A stretch of DNA of 64,000 nt from Sandaracinaceae bacterium (GTDB lineage Bacteria > Myxococcota_A > Polyangia > Polyangiales > Sandaracinaceae). Made by a program: the position numbers and the translations under genes. The stretch lies in assembly GCA_020633195.1 (NCBI GenBank), contig JACKEC010000025.1, positions 1-64,000 of the forward strand, written 5' to 3'. Under the pieces are notes generated by a model that did no database searches, had not been told where the DNA came from, and was given only the letters and a program-made list of their open reading frames with translations. This document shows positions 36,053-45,759 of this stretch, in pieces; position 1 is the stretch's first letter, and each line of letters begins with the position of its first letter.

Positions 36053-36058
36053 GGGCGC

Positions 36059-36877
36059 TCAGCCCGCGTCGGGTCCCGCGGCTTTGGCCAGCGAGCGCCG
36101 GTACTGGGCGGCGACGCGGCCGACGAAGAAGCTCTGAGGGAGGAGCCGGGTGAGGACGTTGCCCCATCGGTACATGAGCCCGGGGACCTGCACGTAACGT
36201 CGCTTGCGCAGTCCATCGACCGCGGAGCGGGCGCACTGGTCGGCGGGCATGAGCCAGCCGCGGAGGTCGTCGAAGCGGTTGCCCTGGGTCATCTCGGTGT
36301 CGATGCCGCCGGGGGCGAAGACGGTGACGGAGACGCCGCGGCGCGCCATCTCGTGGTGGAGACCGCAGCCGTAGTGGACGAGGAACGCCTTGGTGCCCGA
36401 GTAGGCGCTCTGGTACGCGACCGGCGTGAGCCCCGCGAGGCTCGAGACGATCATCAGGCCGCCGCGCTCGGCGCGCTGCTCGAGGTAGGGGAGCAGGAGG
36501 GTCGTGAGCTGGACGACGCTCGAGACGTTGAGCGCGAGCATCCGCTGGAACGCCGGCCAGTCGAGCTCGTCGTGGTGGCCGAAGAAGCTGACGCCGGCGT
36601 TGAGGATCGCGGCGTGGATCGGGCGGCCGTCGACGGCCTCGTCGAAGACCCGCTGCACGTCGGCTTCGCTCGTGAGGTCCGCCACCACCACCGCGGTCTC
36701 GACGCCGTGCGCCTCCGTCAGCGAGCTCGCGAGCGCGCGCAGGCGATCCTCGCGCCGCGCCACGAGCACGAGGTGCGCGCCATGGTCGCGCGCGAGGTGG
36801 ACGGCCATCGCCTCGCCGAGCCCGGAGGACGCCCCCGTCAGGAGCACCCACTTGCCGCGCAGCTGCATCGTTTCCAT
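36059..36877 (-). CDS. SDR-family oxidoreductase
   Basis: TGASSGLGEA Rossmann motif, NAG and YSGTKAF catalytic motifs. Confidence 0.88.
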   Translation of the reverse strand: METMQLRGKWVLLTGASSGLGEAMAVHLARDHGAHLVLVARREDRLRALASSLTEAHGVETAVVVADLTSEADVQRVFDEAVDGRPIHAAILNAGVSFFGHHDELDWPAFQRMLALNVSSVVQLTTLLLPYLEQRAERGGLMIVSSLAGLTPVAYQSAYSGTKAFLVHYGCGLHHEMARRGVSVTVFAPGGIDTEMTQGNRFDDLRGWLMPADQCARSAVDGLRKRRYVQVPGLMYRWGNVLTRLLPQSFFVGRVAAQYRRSLAKAAGPDAG

Positions 36878-36904
36878 CGCGGCGACATAGCACCGCGGCT
36901 TCGA

Positions 36905-39900
36905 TCACTCCCGCGCGCAGGTCGAGTCTTCGAGGCAGAACGGGTCCTCGAGCACCACCCATGGCAGCTCGGTCCCGCCCGAGGCGAGGTACCAGCCGAT
37001 CGCGTTGAGGAGGTACTCGCCCTCGTCGAAGACCTTGTTCGGATCGACGGGCAGCAAGACGTGTTGCCCTTGCGGGATCGTCATCGCGTTGATGACGAGC
37101 GAGACGCCGGCGAACGGGCGGTCGGTGCCCCACGGATCGAGAGAGGTGGTCAGGCGGGCGGCGCGGCTCTCGCGGCCCCACCGCAGCGGCGGATCGAGTC
37201 GGCCGGGGCGCAGCCCGCCGTCGGCCTCGGGCCGCTGGCGGTTCCCGTTCGGCGCGAAGTACTGCCGGCCCTCGCTCATGTCGTCGACGTCGAAGAGGAA
37301 CGTCGGCGCGCCCTCCACGGGGTGCCGCATCAGGTTCGCGATGCCCTCGAGCACGTGGTACTCGATGAGGATGTCGTCGGGCGTCTGCCAGCCGTAGGTG
37401 TCCGCGAACCGGGCGGGCGCGCGCCAGTCCGCGAAGTCGTCGGGCGCGTCGGGCGGCATGAACGCCAGGATGCCCGCGGCCCGCGCGTAGGCGTTGCCGG
37501 TCGCCGGAGGCACGGTGGTGTCGCCGGCCGTGTTCGTCACCCAGATGCTGCGCGTGCGCGCCGGGACGTCCACCGAGGTCGCTGGATCGAGGAAGACGTG
37601 GCGCGCGTAGTTGATCGGGTCGCCCGGCTCGAGCGCGATCTGCGCGAGCCCCGCGAGGCGCCGCAGGTCGGGCGACTGGCGGGTGAGGCCGAGGCCCTCG
37701 GCGGGCGCGGTGAGCGTGGCGCCCTGTTCGAACTGCGTGCCCAGGTAGCTCCCGCAGGTCGCGCAGGTGCCCGCCGCCGACGTGAGCCCGTAGGACGAGC
37801 GCCAGGTGTCGATCACCTCGATCACCGGGAGCTCGCCGGGGCCGGTGTACTCGCAAGTCGTGTAGTCCATCTGATCGCGCGCGTCGTCGAGCACGGTGAT
37901 GGTCAGCGGGTCGCCCCGATCGGTCGGTACGGTGAGCCGGAAGGCGCCGTCGGCGCCCACGCCCGCGCATCGCGTCTCCCCGTTGCGGAGGTTGTGCACG
38001 AGGACCGCGTCGCCCTCGGCCAGCGACTCCGCGGCGACGCAGGCGGCCTCGGTGACCGACTCGTCGTTCAGGTTCGGCAGGCGGAAGTACACCGACCGCT
38101 CGCCCGCCTCGCACGCGGTGTTGGCGTCGCGGCCGCCCGAGGTGCGGCTCGCGATGATGGGGCCGATGACGCGGAGCCAGATCGGGTGGCGCGCCGTCCC
38201 GAGGCTCGTGCGCATGCCGATGTCGAACAGCCCGCCGCCACCGCTGACCGGCGCCGCGCGGTTGATCGCCGGCTCCACCCCGACGTTGAGCATCGAGATG
38301 ATCCCGCCGAGCGAGCTGCCCCACTGACCGTAGCCGACGTCCCAGCCGCCGAGGTCGGGCGTGCCGTCTCCGTCGAAGTCGCCCGCCATGTCGAGCGCTC
38401 CGTCGCCGTCGACGTCGCCGTCGAACGCGATGGGCGCGCCGCCGTCACGCGAGGCGACCTCGCCCGGCGTCCACGTCGGATCGTCGACGTCCGGCTGCCC
38501 CCAGAACGTGCGGAGGATGCGCGTCGCCTGCAGCCAGTCGACCACGCTCTGCCGGAGCGTGTCGCGCGTGTGGAACATGTAGGCGCTGAAGAAGAGGCCG
38601 GCGCTGTCGGCGGTGCCGTCGAAGTTCAGGTCGCGCGCGCGGTCGAGCGAGATCGCGCGGCCGAGCGGCGCCAGGCAGTTCGAGCCCAGCACCGCCGAGA
38701 GCAGCGGGCGCAGGTCGTCGCCGAGCGGGACGCCGTGGCCCTGCGCGTCGATGCTGACGGTGGCCACGCCCTGGCTCGCGACGAGGCCGGCGAAGGCGAT
38801 CGCCTCGAGGTTCAGGCTGCCGTAGCCGTGCGCGTAGAGCGTGGTCGGGAACGGCTGCTGGTGGGTCGCCGTCTCCTTCGGGATGACGATGAACATCGGC
38901 ACCACGTCGCGCTCGATCCGCGCCTCTCCGGTCTGGCGGTCGATGTCCCACGTGTCGTTGACGTTCTCGGCGTCCGGATCGCCGAGCAGGTACGGCGACT
39001 CGAAGAACGCGTAGGCGATGTGCGAGACCGAGGCCTCGAGGGTGTCGAGCACCGCGTCGAGCTGCTCGATCGGGAACCCGAGGTCGCTGATGGGGAGGCC
39101 GTCGAGCGCCGCCCGCAGCTGCGCGGGGGTGACGGTGTAGACGGCGGGGCCGGGATCGCAGCGCTCGGTCCGGGTCCCGCCCCGGAGCGGCGCGACGATG
39201 AGCTCCGGCGGGAACTCCTCGGCGAGCCGCGCGAAGGGGCCTCGCCCGTAGAGGCCCTCGCGCATCGCGACGAGGTCGCCGCGCACCGACTGCGTGGTGA
39301 ACGACCAGGCGAAGGCCACGCCGTTCCAGCCCTGCGACGAGAGCGAGCCGTACAGGTCGGGGCGCGCGGAGAACACGTCGGGCAGGTTCGCGAGCGCCTC
39401 GTGCTGCGAGATGTGGTGCACCCAGTCGAACGGCGAACGCACCGGCTCGCCGTCGGCGCCGGAGAGCCGACTGGTCAGCACGACCGCGTACTCGCGGCTC
39501 TCCTCGAGCGGCAGGATGGGTCGCAGGACGAGCGTGTTCGACTGCCGCTCGTAGAACCACATCATGTCGTCGATGGTCTCGAACGCGTTGCCGTCGAGGC
39601 GACCGTCGATCGTGTTCGGGTGATCGATGATCCCGTCGAAGTCGCTGTCCTCGCCGGGGTCGAGGATCCCGTTGCCGTTCGTGTCCTCCTCGACGGTCTC
39701 GAAGATCAGGTTCGACTCACCCGCGCGCGGGTCGGCCTCGTAGTAGGCGTCGGGCCGCGACGCGACCCGCGGGAACAGGTCGCTGTTGACGTCGAGGGGC
39801 ACCGGGATGCCCGTCTCGAGGTCGATCAGGTAGACGGCGTGGCGCTGCCAGTCCTCGGTGGAGAACTGGCCGCGGCCCTGCCGTCGCAGCAGGTCGTCGG

Positions 39901-40222
39901 TGTCGAGGGGCGCGTCGAAGGAGACGGTGACCGGCGCGAACGTGCCCCAGCCGTCGAGGGCGTCGAAGCTCTGCCGGAGCCGCCGCTCCATCCCGGACGG
40001 CGCGATGAGGCTCGCGTTGATGCGGCGCCCGCTCGGCGACGTCGGGTCCGGCCACGTCGCGATGTCGTTGGGGAGCGGGATCTCGGGGAGGGGCTCGGCC
40101 TCGAGGTCCCAGATCACCTGGGGCCCGGTCCCGGGCGGCGACTCGAAGAAGCCGGACGGGAGACCTCCCCCGTCACAGCCCACCATCAGCCCGAGGGCGA
40201 CCGAGATCGTGGCGACGCGCAT
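36905..40222 (-). CDS. Large secreted lipoprotein with an alpha/beta-hydrolase-like region (GSSLGG nucleophile elbow), hypothetical
   Basis: Lipobox LGLMVGC, Ca-binding-like DxDGD runs, YGQWGSSLGG; 1105 aa. Confidence 0.6.
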   Translation of the reverse strand: MRVATISVALGLMVGCDGGGLPSGFFESPPGTGPQVIWDLEAEPLPEIPLPNDIATWPDPTSPSGRRINASLIAPSGMERRLRQSFDALDGWGTFAPVTVSFDAPLDTDDLLRRQGRGQFSTEDWQRHAVYLIDLETGIPVPLDVNSDLFPRVASRPDAYYEADPRAGESNLIFETVEEDTNGNGILDPGEDSDFDGIIDHPNTIDGRLDGNAFETIDDMMWFYERQSNTLVLRPILPLEESREYAVVLTSRLSGADGEPVRSPFDWVHHISQHEALANLPDVFSARPDLYGSLSSQGWNGVAFAWSFTTQSVRGDLVAMREGLYGRGPFARLAEEFPPELIVAPLRGGTRTERCDPGPAVYTVTPAQLRAALDGLPISDLGFPIEQLDAVLDTLEASVSHIAYAFFESPYLLGDPDAENVNDTWDIDRQTGEARIERDVVPMFIVIPKETATHQQPFPTTLYAHGYGSLNLEAIAFAGLVASQGVATVSIDAQGHGVPLGDDLRPLLSAVLGSNCLAPLGRAISLDRARDLNFDGTADSAGLFFSAYMFHTRDTLRQSVVDWLQATRILRTFWGQPDVDDPTWTPGEVASRDGGAPIAFDGDVDGDGALDMAGDFDGDGTPDLGGWDVGYGQWGSSLGGIISMLNVGVEPAINRAAPVSGGGGLFDIGMRTSLGTARHPIWLRVIGPIIASRTSGGRDANTACEAGERSVYFRLPNLNDESVTEAACVAAESLAEGDAVLVHNLRNGETRCAGVGADGAFRLTVPTDRGDPLTITVLDDARDQMDYTTCEYTGPGELPVIEVIDTWRSSYGLTSAAGTCATCGSYLGTQFEQGATLTAPAEGLGLTRQSPDLRRLAGLAQIALEPGDPINYARHVFLDPATSVDVPARTRSIWVTNTAGDTTVPPATGNAYARAAGILAFMPPDAPDDFADWRAPARFADTYGWQTPDDILIEYHVLEGIANLMRHPVEGAPTFLFDVDDMSEGRQYFAPNGNRQRPEADGGLRPGRLDPPLRWGRESRAARLTTSLDPWGTDRPFAGVSLVINAMTIPQGQHVLLPVDPNKVFDEGEYLLNAIGWYLASGGTELPWVVLEDPFCLEDSTCARE

Positions 40223-40243
40223 GCCGCCACGGACTCTATGTCA

Positions 40244-41005
40244 TCACGCGGTGCCTTGCTCGCCCGGGTCGCGTGACCGGCCGTCGATCTCCGACATCGG
40301 CTCGATCTCGAAGACGTTGGTCTCTTCGTCCCAGTCCACGATCAGCGCGCGGTCCCCGCGCCCGAGCGAGTTCGGGGTGCTGCAGCGGACCTTCAGCAGG
40401 AACCCGGCCTGGCCGTCCTTCAGCGTCGCCTGCCCGAGCTCCGCGTCGACGGTGCCGGTCTTGATGGTGACCACGTGACCGATGAGGTCGCGGTTCGAGC
40501 GCGCGGGCTCGGTCTTGAACAGCTTGGCCAGCGGTCGCGTCGCGAGCGAGGTCAGCGGGATCGCGATCAGCAGCGCCGCGAGCAGGATCAGCGCGCCCGT
40601 GAGCAGGCCGCCGAGGGGGACGACGGGGGCGACGTAGCGGCTGCCGAAGAACGAGCCGACCCACCCGAAGAGGACGACGAAGCTCACGATGACGGTGAGC
40701 GGCGCGTACCGTAACCGGAGCGCGTGGAGGACCGCGGCGAGGCCCCCTCCTCCCACGCCGTCCGCGTCGAGGTCGGCCGCCTCGGCGGCGCCGTCGAGGC
40801 CCTCCGCCGCGCCGTCCACGGCTCCATCGAGCGCGCCATCGATCCCGGAGATGCCCTCGACGCCGTCGAGCGCGCCGCCGGGGTCGAGGAGGTGCAGGTC
40901 GAGGGCGCCGAGCATCACCGACACCCAGTAGAGCAAGACCAACCCGAGCATGGCGGTGAAGGCCAGGGTCGGCATGCTCAGGGCGGTCTGGAGGAACTCG
41001 GTCAT
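40244..41005 (-). CDS. NfeD/YqiJ-like membrane protein (OB-fold C-terminus)
   Basis: Several TM helices, then HVVTIKTGTVDAELGQATLKDGQAGFLLKVRC, the pattern typical of the NfeD short form. Confidence 0.65.
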   Translation of the reverse strand: MTEFLQTALSMPTLAFTAMLGLVLLYWVSVMLGALDLHLLDPGGALDGVEGISGIDGALDGAVDGAAEGLDGAAEAADLDADGVGGGGLAAVLHALRLRYAPLTVIVSFVVLFGWVGSFFGSRYVAPVVPLGGLLTGALILLAALLIAIPLTSLATRPLAKLFKTEPARSNRDLIGHVVTIKTGTVDAELGQATLKDGQAGFLLKVRCSTPNSLGRGDRALIVDWDEETNVFEIEPMSEIDGRSRDPGEQGTA

Positions 41006-41065
41006 CGGGGCTCGTCGGTCAGCGTACTACGAGGTCCCAACCGACGGGCGGCTCGCCGATTCCGC

Positions 41066-41842
41066 CTACTCGTCCTCTTCCGGCTCGTCCTCGGCGAGCC
41101 CGCCGAGCTGCTCGCGGAGCTGGCGCTCGAGGTCCGGGTTGGCGGACAGCATCGACTGGGCCTGCTGCATCATCGCGCCGAGATCGAGCCCGCCGAGCGC
41201 CGCGGGGCTCGCGCCTGCCTGCGCGAGCGCCTCCTCCGGCGTGGTCGCCCCGGCCATCTTCCGCGCGAGCTCGTTCAGCGATCCGTTCTGCGCCATCTGC
41301 TGGGCCATCTGCATCGCCTGCTGGAGCATCGCGGCGCCCTCGGGGCCCTGGAGCTGCTGCGCCAGCGCGCCTAGCTGCCCGCCGCCGCCGCCGAGCATCG
41401 CGGCCAGATCCGGCGCGCCGCCGCCGCCGAACATCGCGGCCAGGTCGGGCGCCCCACCGCCGAGCATCGCGCCCAGATCCGCGAAGCCCGCGGGGCCTGC
41501 GCTCGGGAGCGCGATCCACTCCGCGCCGTCGCCGAGCTCTTCGATCGCCGCGTCCCAGGTCTTCGCGGTCAGCGCGTACGACTCGGGGTAGACCGGCACG
41601 CCGCGCGGATCGGAGTGCGCCGCGAGGAGCTCCCCGAGCTGCGCCGCGAGCCCGAACCCGAGGACCTCGGGGTCCTCCGTGACCGACGCCTCGAGGTGGA
41701 CCAGCGTGGCGTTGTCGAGCGCTCGGATCCGCACGGGCTCACCGTTCGCGCCGCGCCGCACGTCGTCGCCTCCGACGGCCGGGAGGGCCTCTCGGACGAG
41801 GGCCGGGTCGATCTTCAGGACGCCGATTGCGTTGGTGCTCAT
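41066..41842 (-). CDS. Hypothetical protein with GGAPDLAAM/MQQ repeats and an acidic tail
   Basis: Start trimmed to ATG at 41842 (MSTNAIGVLKIDP...); the N-terminal 77 aa of the ORF were rejected as R/S/C-rich junk. Confidence 0.5.
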   Translation of the reverse strand: MSTNAIGVLKIDPALVREALPAVGGDDVRRGANGEPVRIRALDNATLVHLEASVTEDPEVLGFGLAAQLGELLAAHSDPRGVPVYPESYALTAKTWDAAIEELGDGAEWIALPSAGPAGFADLGAMLGGGAPDLAAMFGGGGAPDLAAMLGGGGGQLGALAQQLQGPEGAAMLQQAMQMAQQMAQNGSLNELARKMAGATTPEEALAQAGASPAALGGLDLGAMMQQAQSMLSANPDLERQLREQLGGLAEDEPEEDE

Positions 41843-41885
41843 GCGACCTGGGTAGCACGAGCGGGCGCTCGTCGCCGAGGGCCTC

Positions 41886-42782
41886 CTACGGTTTGCCCTC
41901 GAGCTCCTCGAGCGTCTTGGGCCAGCTCGCCTTGAGCAGGCGCGACAGCGAGCGATCCGCGAGCAGCTTCCCGTCGGTCTGGCAGGTGGGGCAGTAGTTC
42001 GCCTCGTTGGAGGCGTACCGGATGCGCATGATCGTCCCCCCGCACACCGGACAAGGCGACTTGTACTTGCCATGGACGGCCATCTCGGGGCGGAACGCCG
42101 TGACGTTCTCGGGGAAGCCGTCCCCCGACTCCTCGCGGAGCCGATCGGTCCACTCGACGAGGACGGCGCGCGTGGCCTCGTACAGCCGCTCGAGCTCCTC
42201 GGGGCTCAGCTGATCGCTGCGCCGCATCGGCGACAGCTTCGAGCGGTGCAGGATCTCGTCGGAGTACGCGTTGCCGATCCCGGAGAGCAGGCGCTGATCG
42301 GTCAGCGCGCGCTTGAGCGTGTGCCGCTCCTTGGTGAGGGCGGCGGTGAAGCCCGCGAGGTCGACCTCGAGCGGCTCCGCGCCGCCGCGGTCGTGATCGA
42401 CGAGCCCGGCCTCCCCACGCACGAGGTGCAGCGACGCCCGCTTCTTCTTGCTCGCCTCGCGCAGCAGGAGGGTGCCGTGATCGAAGTCGAAGCCCGCGAG
42501 CCCGATCCGCGCCGGGATCTTCGCGCCGGGCTCGTCGTCCCACGCGAAGCGGCCCGCGACCATGAGGTGGATGACCACGAAGAGGTCGTCCTCGAGCTCG
42601 AACACGACGCGCTTGCCGATGCGGCGCAGGCCCGTGACCTCGTGGCCGACGACCTCGTCGATGCGCGGGTCGACGGACCGGAGCAGGAACGGGCTCGCGA
42701 GGCGGATCGCCTGGAGCCGATGGCCGACGGTGCGGCGCGTCAGCGCCTCGAGGTAGACCGCGATGTCCGGCAGCTCCGGCAT
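41886..42782 (-). CDS. mutM: Formamidopyrimidine-DNA glycosylase / Nei family (Fpg/MutM)
   Basis: N-terminal MPELPDIAVY with catalytic Pro2, an H2TH region, and a C-terminal zinc finger CPVCGGTIMRIRYASNEANYCPTCQ. Confidence 0.85.
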   Translation of the reverse strand: MPELPDIAVYLEALTRRTVGHRLQAIRLASPFLLRSVDPRIDEVVGHEVTGLRRIGKRVVFELEDDLFVVIHLMVAGRFAWDDEPGAKIPARIGLAGFDFDHGTLLLREASKKKRASLHLVRGEAGLVDHDRGGAEPLEVDLAGFTAALTKERHTLKRALTDQRLLSGIGNAYSDEILHRSKLSPMRRSDQLSPEELERLYEATRAVLVEWTDRLREESGDGFPENVTAFRPEMAVHGKYKSPCPVCGGTIMRIRYASNEANYCPTCQTDGKLLADRSLSRLLKASWPKTLEELEGKP

Positions 42783-42835
42783 CTGCGCAGGCTACCCGTT
42801 GTGGGGGACCCTTGGCGACGCCGTCCCCGTGTTCG

Positions 42836-45094
42836 ATGCTCCCTGCCGTGAAGCGATGGATCTCCGTGTGCGCGCTCCTGGCCGTCGCCGGGTGCGGCGA
42901 CCCCCCCGCGATGGACGACGCCGGCCCGCCCCCCGACGACGCGGGGCCTACCGCGATGGACGCCGGCACCGACGCGGGGCCCCCGCCGCCGATGTGCGCG
43001 TCGACGGGCGGCGGCGCCCTGCCGTCCGGCCTCGAGACGCTGAGCTACCACGACGGCACGGGCGGCGGGCTGCTCGAGGCGCAGTCCTGGGCGGTCACGT
43101 CCGGAGGCACGGAGCACCGGCTCGCCGAGGAGCGCGCCTACGAGCAGTCGCGCTTCCAGATCGAGCAGCCCACGCGGGTGCACGGCTTCCGCGTTCGCTG
43201 GGCCGGGGTCGACGCGCTGCCGCCGAGCGCCGAGCTCGAGGCCGGGCTCTACCCCGACTTCGGTCACAACGGCTTCGACATGTGGTCGACCGCGCCGTAC
43301 TGGACGGGCACGCGCTGCGTCTCGGAGCTCGACGCGGACGGCTGGGTCACCTACGCGCTCGACGCGCCGGTCGAGATCCACGAGCCCGGCCTCGTCTACG
43401 TCGGCCACCTCCGCGACGGCGCCGGGGCGCCGGGCTGGTACTTCGACACGAGCACCGACACGACCGACGGGAGCTGTGATCGGTTCGCGGACTGCCGCAT
43501 GTCGCTGAACCTGCCCGACCTCGAGCCGAGCCAGTACAACGGCCTCACGCTGCCGCTGCCCTACGACTACCTCGTGGAGCTGCTCGTGGAGCCCCTCGGG
43601 GACGCGCCCGAGGACCCGCACTTCGCGCCGGTGCCCGACCTGACGGTGAGCAACCGCGTGTCCTTCGGTGACTTCGACGCCGACGGCTGGGACGACTTCG
43701 TGACGACGGGCCCGCGCCTCTATCGCAACGCGGGCGATGGGACCTTCGTCGACGTCACCGCGGCGAGCGGGATCGGCGCGCTCGGCGCGAGCGGCAACGG
43801 GGTGTGGGGCGACTACGACAACGACGGTTGCCTGGACCTGTTCGTGTTCGCGGAGTCGATGACGGAGACCGACCGCCTGCTCCGCAACGGGTGCGACGGC
43901 ACGTTCAGCGACGTGACTGAGGCCTCGGGCATCGCGGACCCGTTGCTCGGCGAGGCGTGCGGCGCGCTCGCCGACGTCCGCGCGCCCGCGGCCGCGGCGG
44001 CGTGGGTGGACCTGGACGCGGACGGCTGGCTGGACCTCTACGTCGCGAACTTCATCTGCTGGGACAGCGGCGAGACCTACGCCGACTACGTCTGGCTCAA
44101 CCAGGGCGACGGGACCTTCCGCGACCGCACCGCGCGCGACGGGTTCTCGAGCGCGCGCCTCGCGAGCCGCGGGGTCAACCCGATCGACTACGACCGCGAC
44201 GGCGACATGGACGTGCTCGTCACGCGCTACCGGCTGCACCCGAACGCGCTCTTCGAGAACGGCGGCGATCGCCGGTTCACGGAGCGGGGCGCCGCGCTCG
44301 GGCTGGCCGGCGTGGAGATCCGACGCGCCTACGGGCACACCATCGGCGCCGCGTGGGGCGACCTCGACAACGACGGCGACTTCGACTGCGTGCAGGCGAA
44401 CCTCGCGCACCCGCGCTTCTTCGACTTCTCCGACAAGACGCAGGTCCTCTTGCAGGACGCGTCCGGGATCTTCGCCGACAACGCCGGCGACTGGGCGGCG
44501 CAGGACCTCGCGGGCGCCAACGGCCTCCGCTACCAGGAGACCTACTCCCTGCCCGCGCTCGCCGACTTCGACTCCGACGGCGATCTCGATCTCGTGATCA
44601 GCGCCGTCTACGACGGTCGGCCGACCGACCTCTACCACGGCAACGGGGACGGCACGTTCGTGCTCCACACCGGGCACTCGGGCATCACCGTGCACAACGG
44701 CTGGGCCGCCGCGACGAGCGACTGGGACCACGACGGCGACGTCGACCTCGCGATGCAGACCTTCTTCACCAACGAGGACACGCAGGGCCACTGGCTGTCC
44801 GTGCGCGTGGTCGGCAACGTCGCCGCGAACCGCGCCGCGATCGGCGCCACCGTCGCCGTCACGGCGGGCGGGGTCACGCGCCTGCGCTACGTCGAGGGCG
44901 GCACCAGCCAGGGCTGCCAGGACTCGATGTACCTGCACTACGGCCTCGCCGACGCGACGAGCGTGGACTCGATCGCGGTGACCTTCCCGGGCGGCGCGAC
45001 GGTGACCTTCACCGGCCCGTTCGACGCCGATCAGCGCCTCTGGCTGATGGAGGACGGCACCGTGCACCCGGGCTGGGCGCCGCCCGCGCCCTAG
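42836..45094 (+). CDS. CRTAC1-family lipoprotein (FG-GAP/VCBS repeats plus ASPIC/UnbV C-terminal domain)
   Basis: Lipobox CALLAVAGC; repeated DxDxDGxxD FG-GAP motifs; C-terminal HWLSVRVVGNVAANRAAIGATVAV...GGTSQGCQD. Confidence 0.72.
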   Translation: MLPAVKRWISVCALLAVAGCGDPPAMDDAGPPPDDAGPTAMDAGTDAGPPPPMCASTGGGALPSGLETLSYHDGTGGGLLEAQSWAVTSGGTEHRLAEERAYEQSRFQIEQPTRVHGFRVRWAGVDALPPSAELEAGLYPDFGHNGFDMWSTAPYWTGTRCVSELDADGWVTYALDAPVEIHEPGLVYVGHLRDGAGAPGWYFDTSTDTTDGSCDRFADCRMSLNLPDLEPSQYNGLTLPLPYDYLVELLVEPLGDAPEDPHFAPVPDLTVSNRVSFGDFDADGWDDFVTTGPRLYRNAGDGTFVDVTAASGIGALGASGNGVWGDYDNDGCLDLFVFAESMTETDRLLRNGCDGTFSDVTEASGIADPLLGEACGALADVRAPAAAAAWVDLDADGWLDLYVANFICWDSGETYADYVWLNQGDGTFRDRTARDGFSSARLASRGVNPIDYDRDGDMDVLVTRYRLHPNALFENGGDRRFTERGAALGLAGVEIRRAYGHTIGAAWGDLDNDGDFDCVQANLAHPRFFDFSDKTQVLLQDASGIFADNAGDWAAQDLAGANGLRYQETYSLPALADFDSDGDLDLVISAVYDGRPTDLYHGNGDGTFVLHTGHSGITVHNGWAAATSDWDHDGDVDLAMQTFFTNEDTQGHWLSVRVVGNVAANRAAIGATVAVTAGGVTRLRYVEGGTSQGCQDSMYLHYGLADATSVDSIAVTFPGGATVTFTGPFDADQRLWLMEDGTVHPGWAPPAP

Positions 45095-45098
45095 AAAC

Positions 45099-45713
45099 TC
45101 AGTCCAAACCGAGGAGGGTCGGGGGCAGGCCGCAGCGGGCGATCGCCTCGCGGCAGCGCGTCGCCGTCCGGGCGACCGCGCAGTCCGTGTATCGTTGAAA
45201 AGGATCTTGACACGCGATCGCGGTGCAGACGTTGAGGACGTCGTCGACGCTGGACGCGCCGCAGTTCTCGACGATGCAGCACGAGACGTCGGGATAGAAC
45301 ATCCGGCAGCGCGTCTCCTCGTTGAAGCAGGAGAGCGCGTTGCGCACGGCGCAGACGCGGCACGTCTCGTCGCGCTGCAGGCAGCCGACGATGCAGACCT
45401 GCGAGGCGCCGCAGCCCTCGATGCACGCGCCCGTCTCGGGGCGGCAGACGTCGGGCTCGGGGAAGGGCTCCACCGGGAGCACGCAGCCCGCGTCGGGCCC
45501 CGCGTCGAGGCCCGGGACGATCGCGTCGAAGCCGGCGTCGCGCGGGCGCACGCCCGCGTCGCGGCGGGGCGCCCCCGCGTCGAGCGTCGGCGCGGAGGCG
45601 TCCATCGACGCGCCCGCGTCGCGCCGCGTCGGCGGGGGCGGGTCGTCGAGCCCGTGGGCGAGGTAGCAGCCGCTGAGCGTCAGAGCGGCCGCGGCGAGGG
45701 GACCGACGCGCAT
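45099..45713 (-). CDS. Cys-rich lipoprotein, hypothetical
   Basis: AALTLSGC lipobox; 20 Cys in 204 aa. Confidence 0.5.
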   Translation of the reverse strand: MRVGPLAAAALTLSGCYLAHGLDDPPPPTRRDAGASMDASAPTLDAGAPRRDAGVRPRDAGFDAIVPGLDAGPDAGCVLPVEPFPEPDVCRPETGACIEGCGASQVCIVGCLQRDETCRVCAVRNALSCFNEETRCRMFYPDVSCCIVENCGASSVDDVLNVCTAIACQDPFQRYTDCAVARTATRCREAIARCGLPPTLLGLD

Positions 45714-45759
45714 GGGTCGAGTCTGTCGTACCCGCGCTCGATCCCCAAGGCCGGGCGCG

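Noticed and set aside
35946-38324. 792-aa ORF overlapping the SDR and lipoprotein genes
   Set aside because: Arg/Gly-rich ghost frame. The real genes are 36059..36877 (SDR) and 36905..40222.
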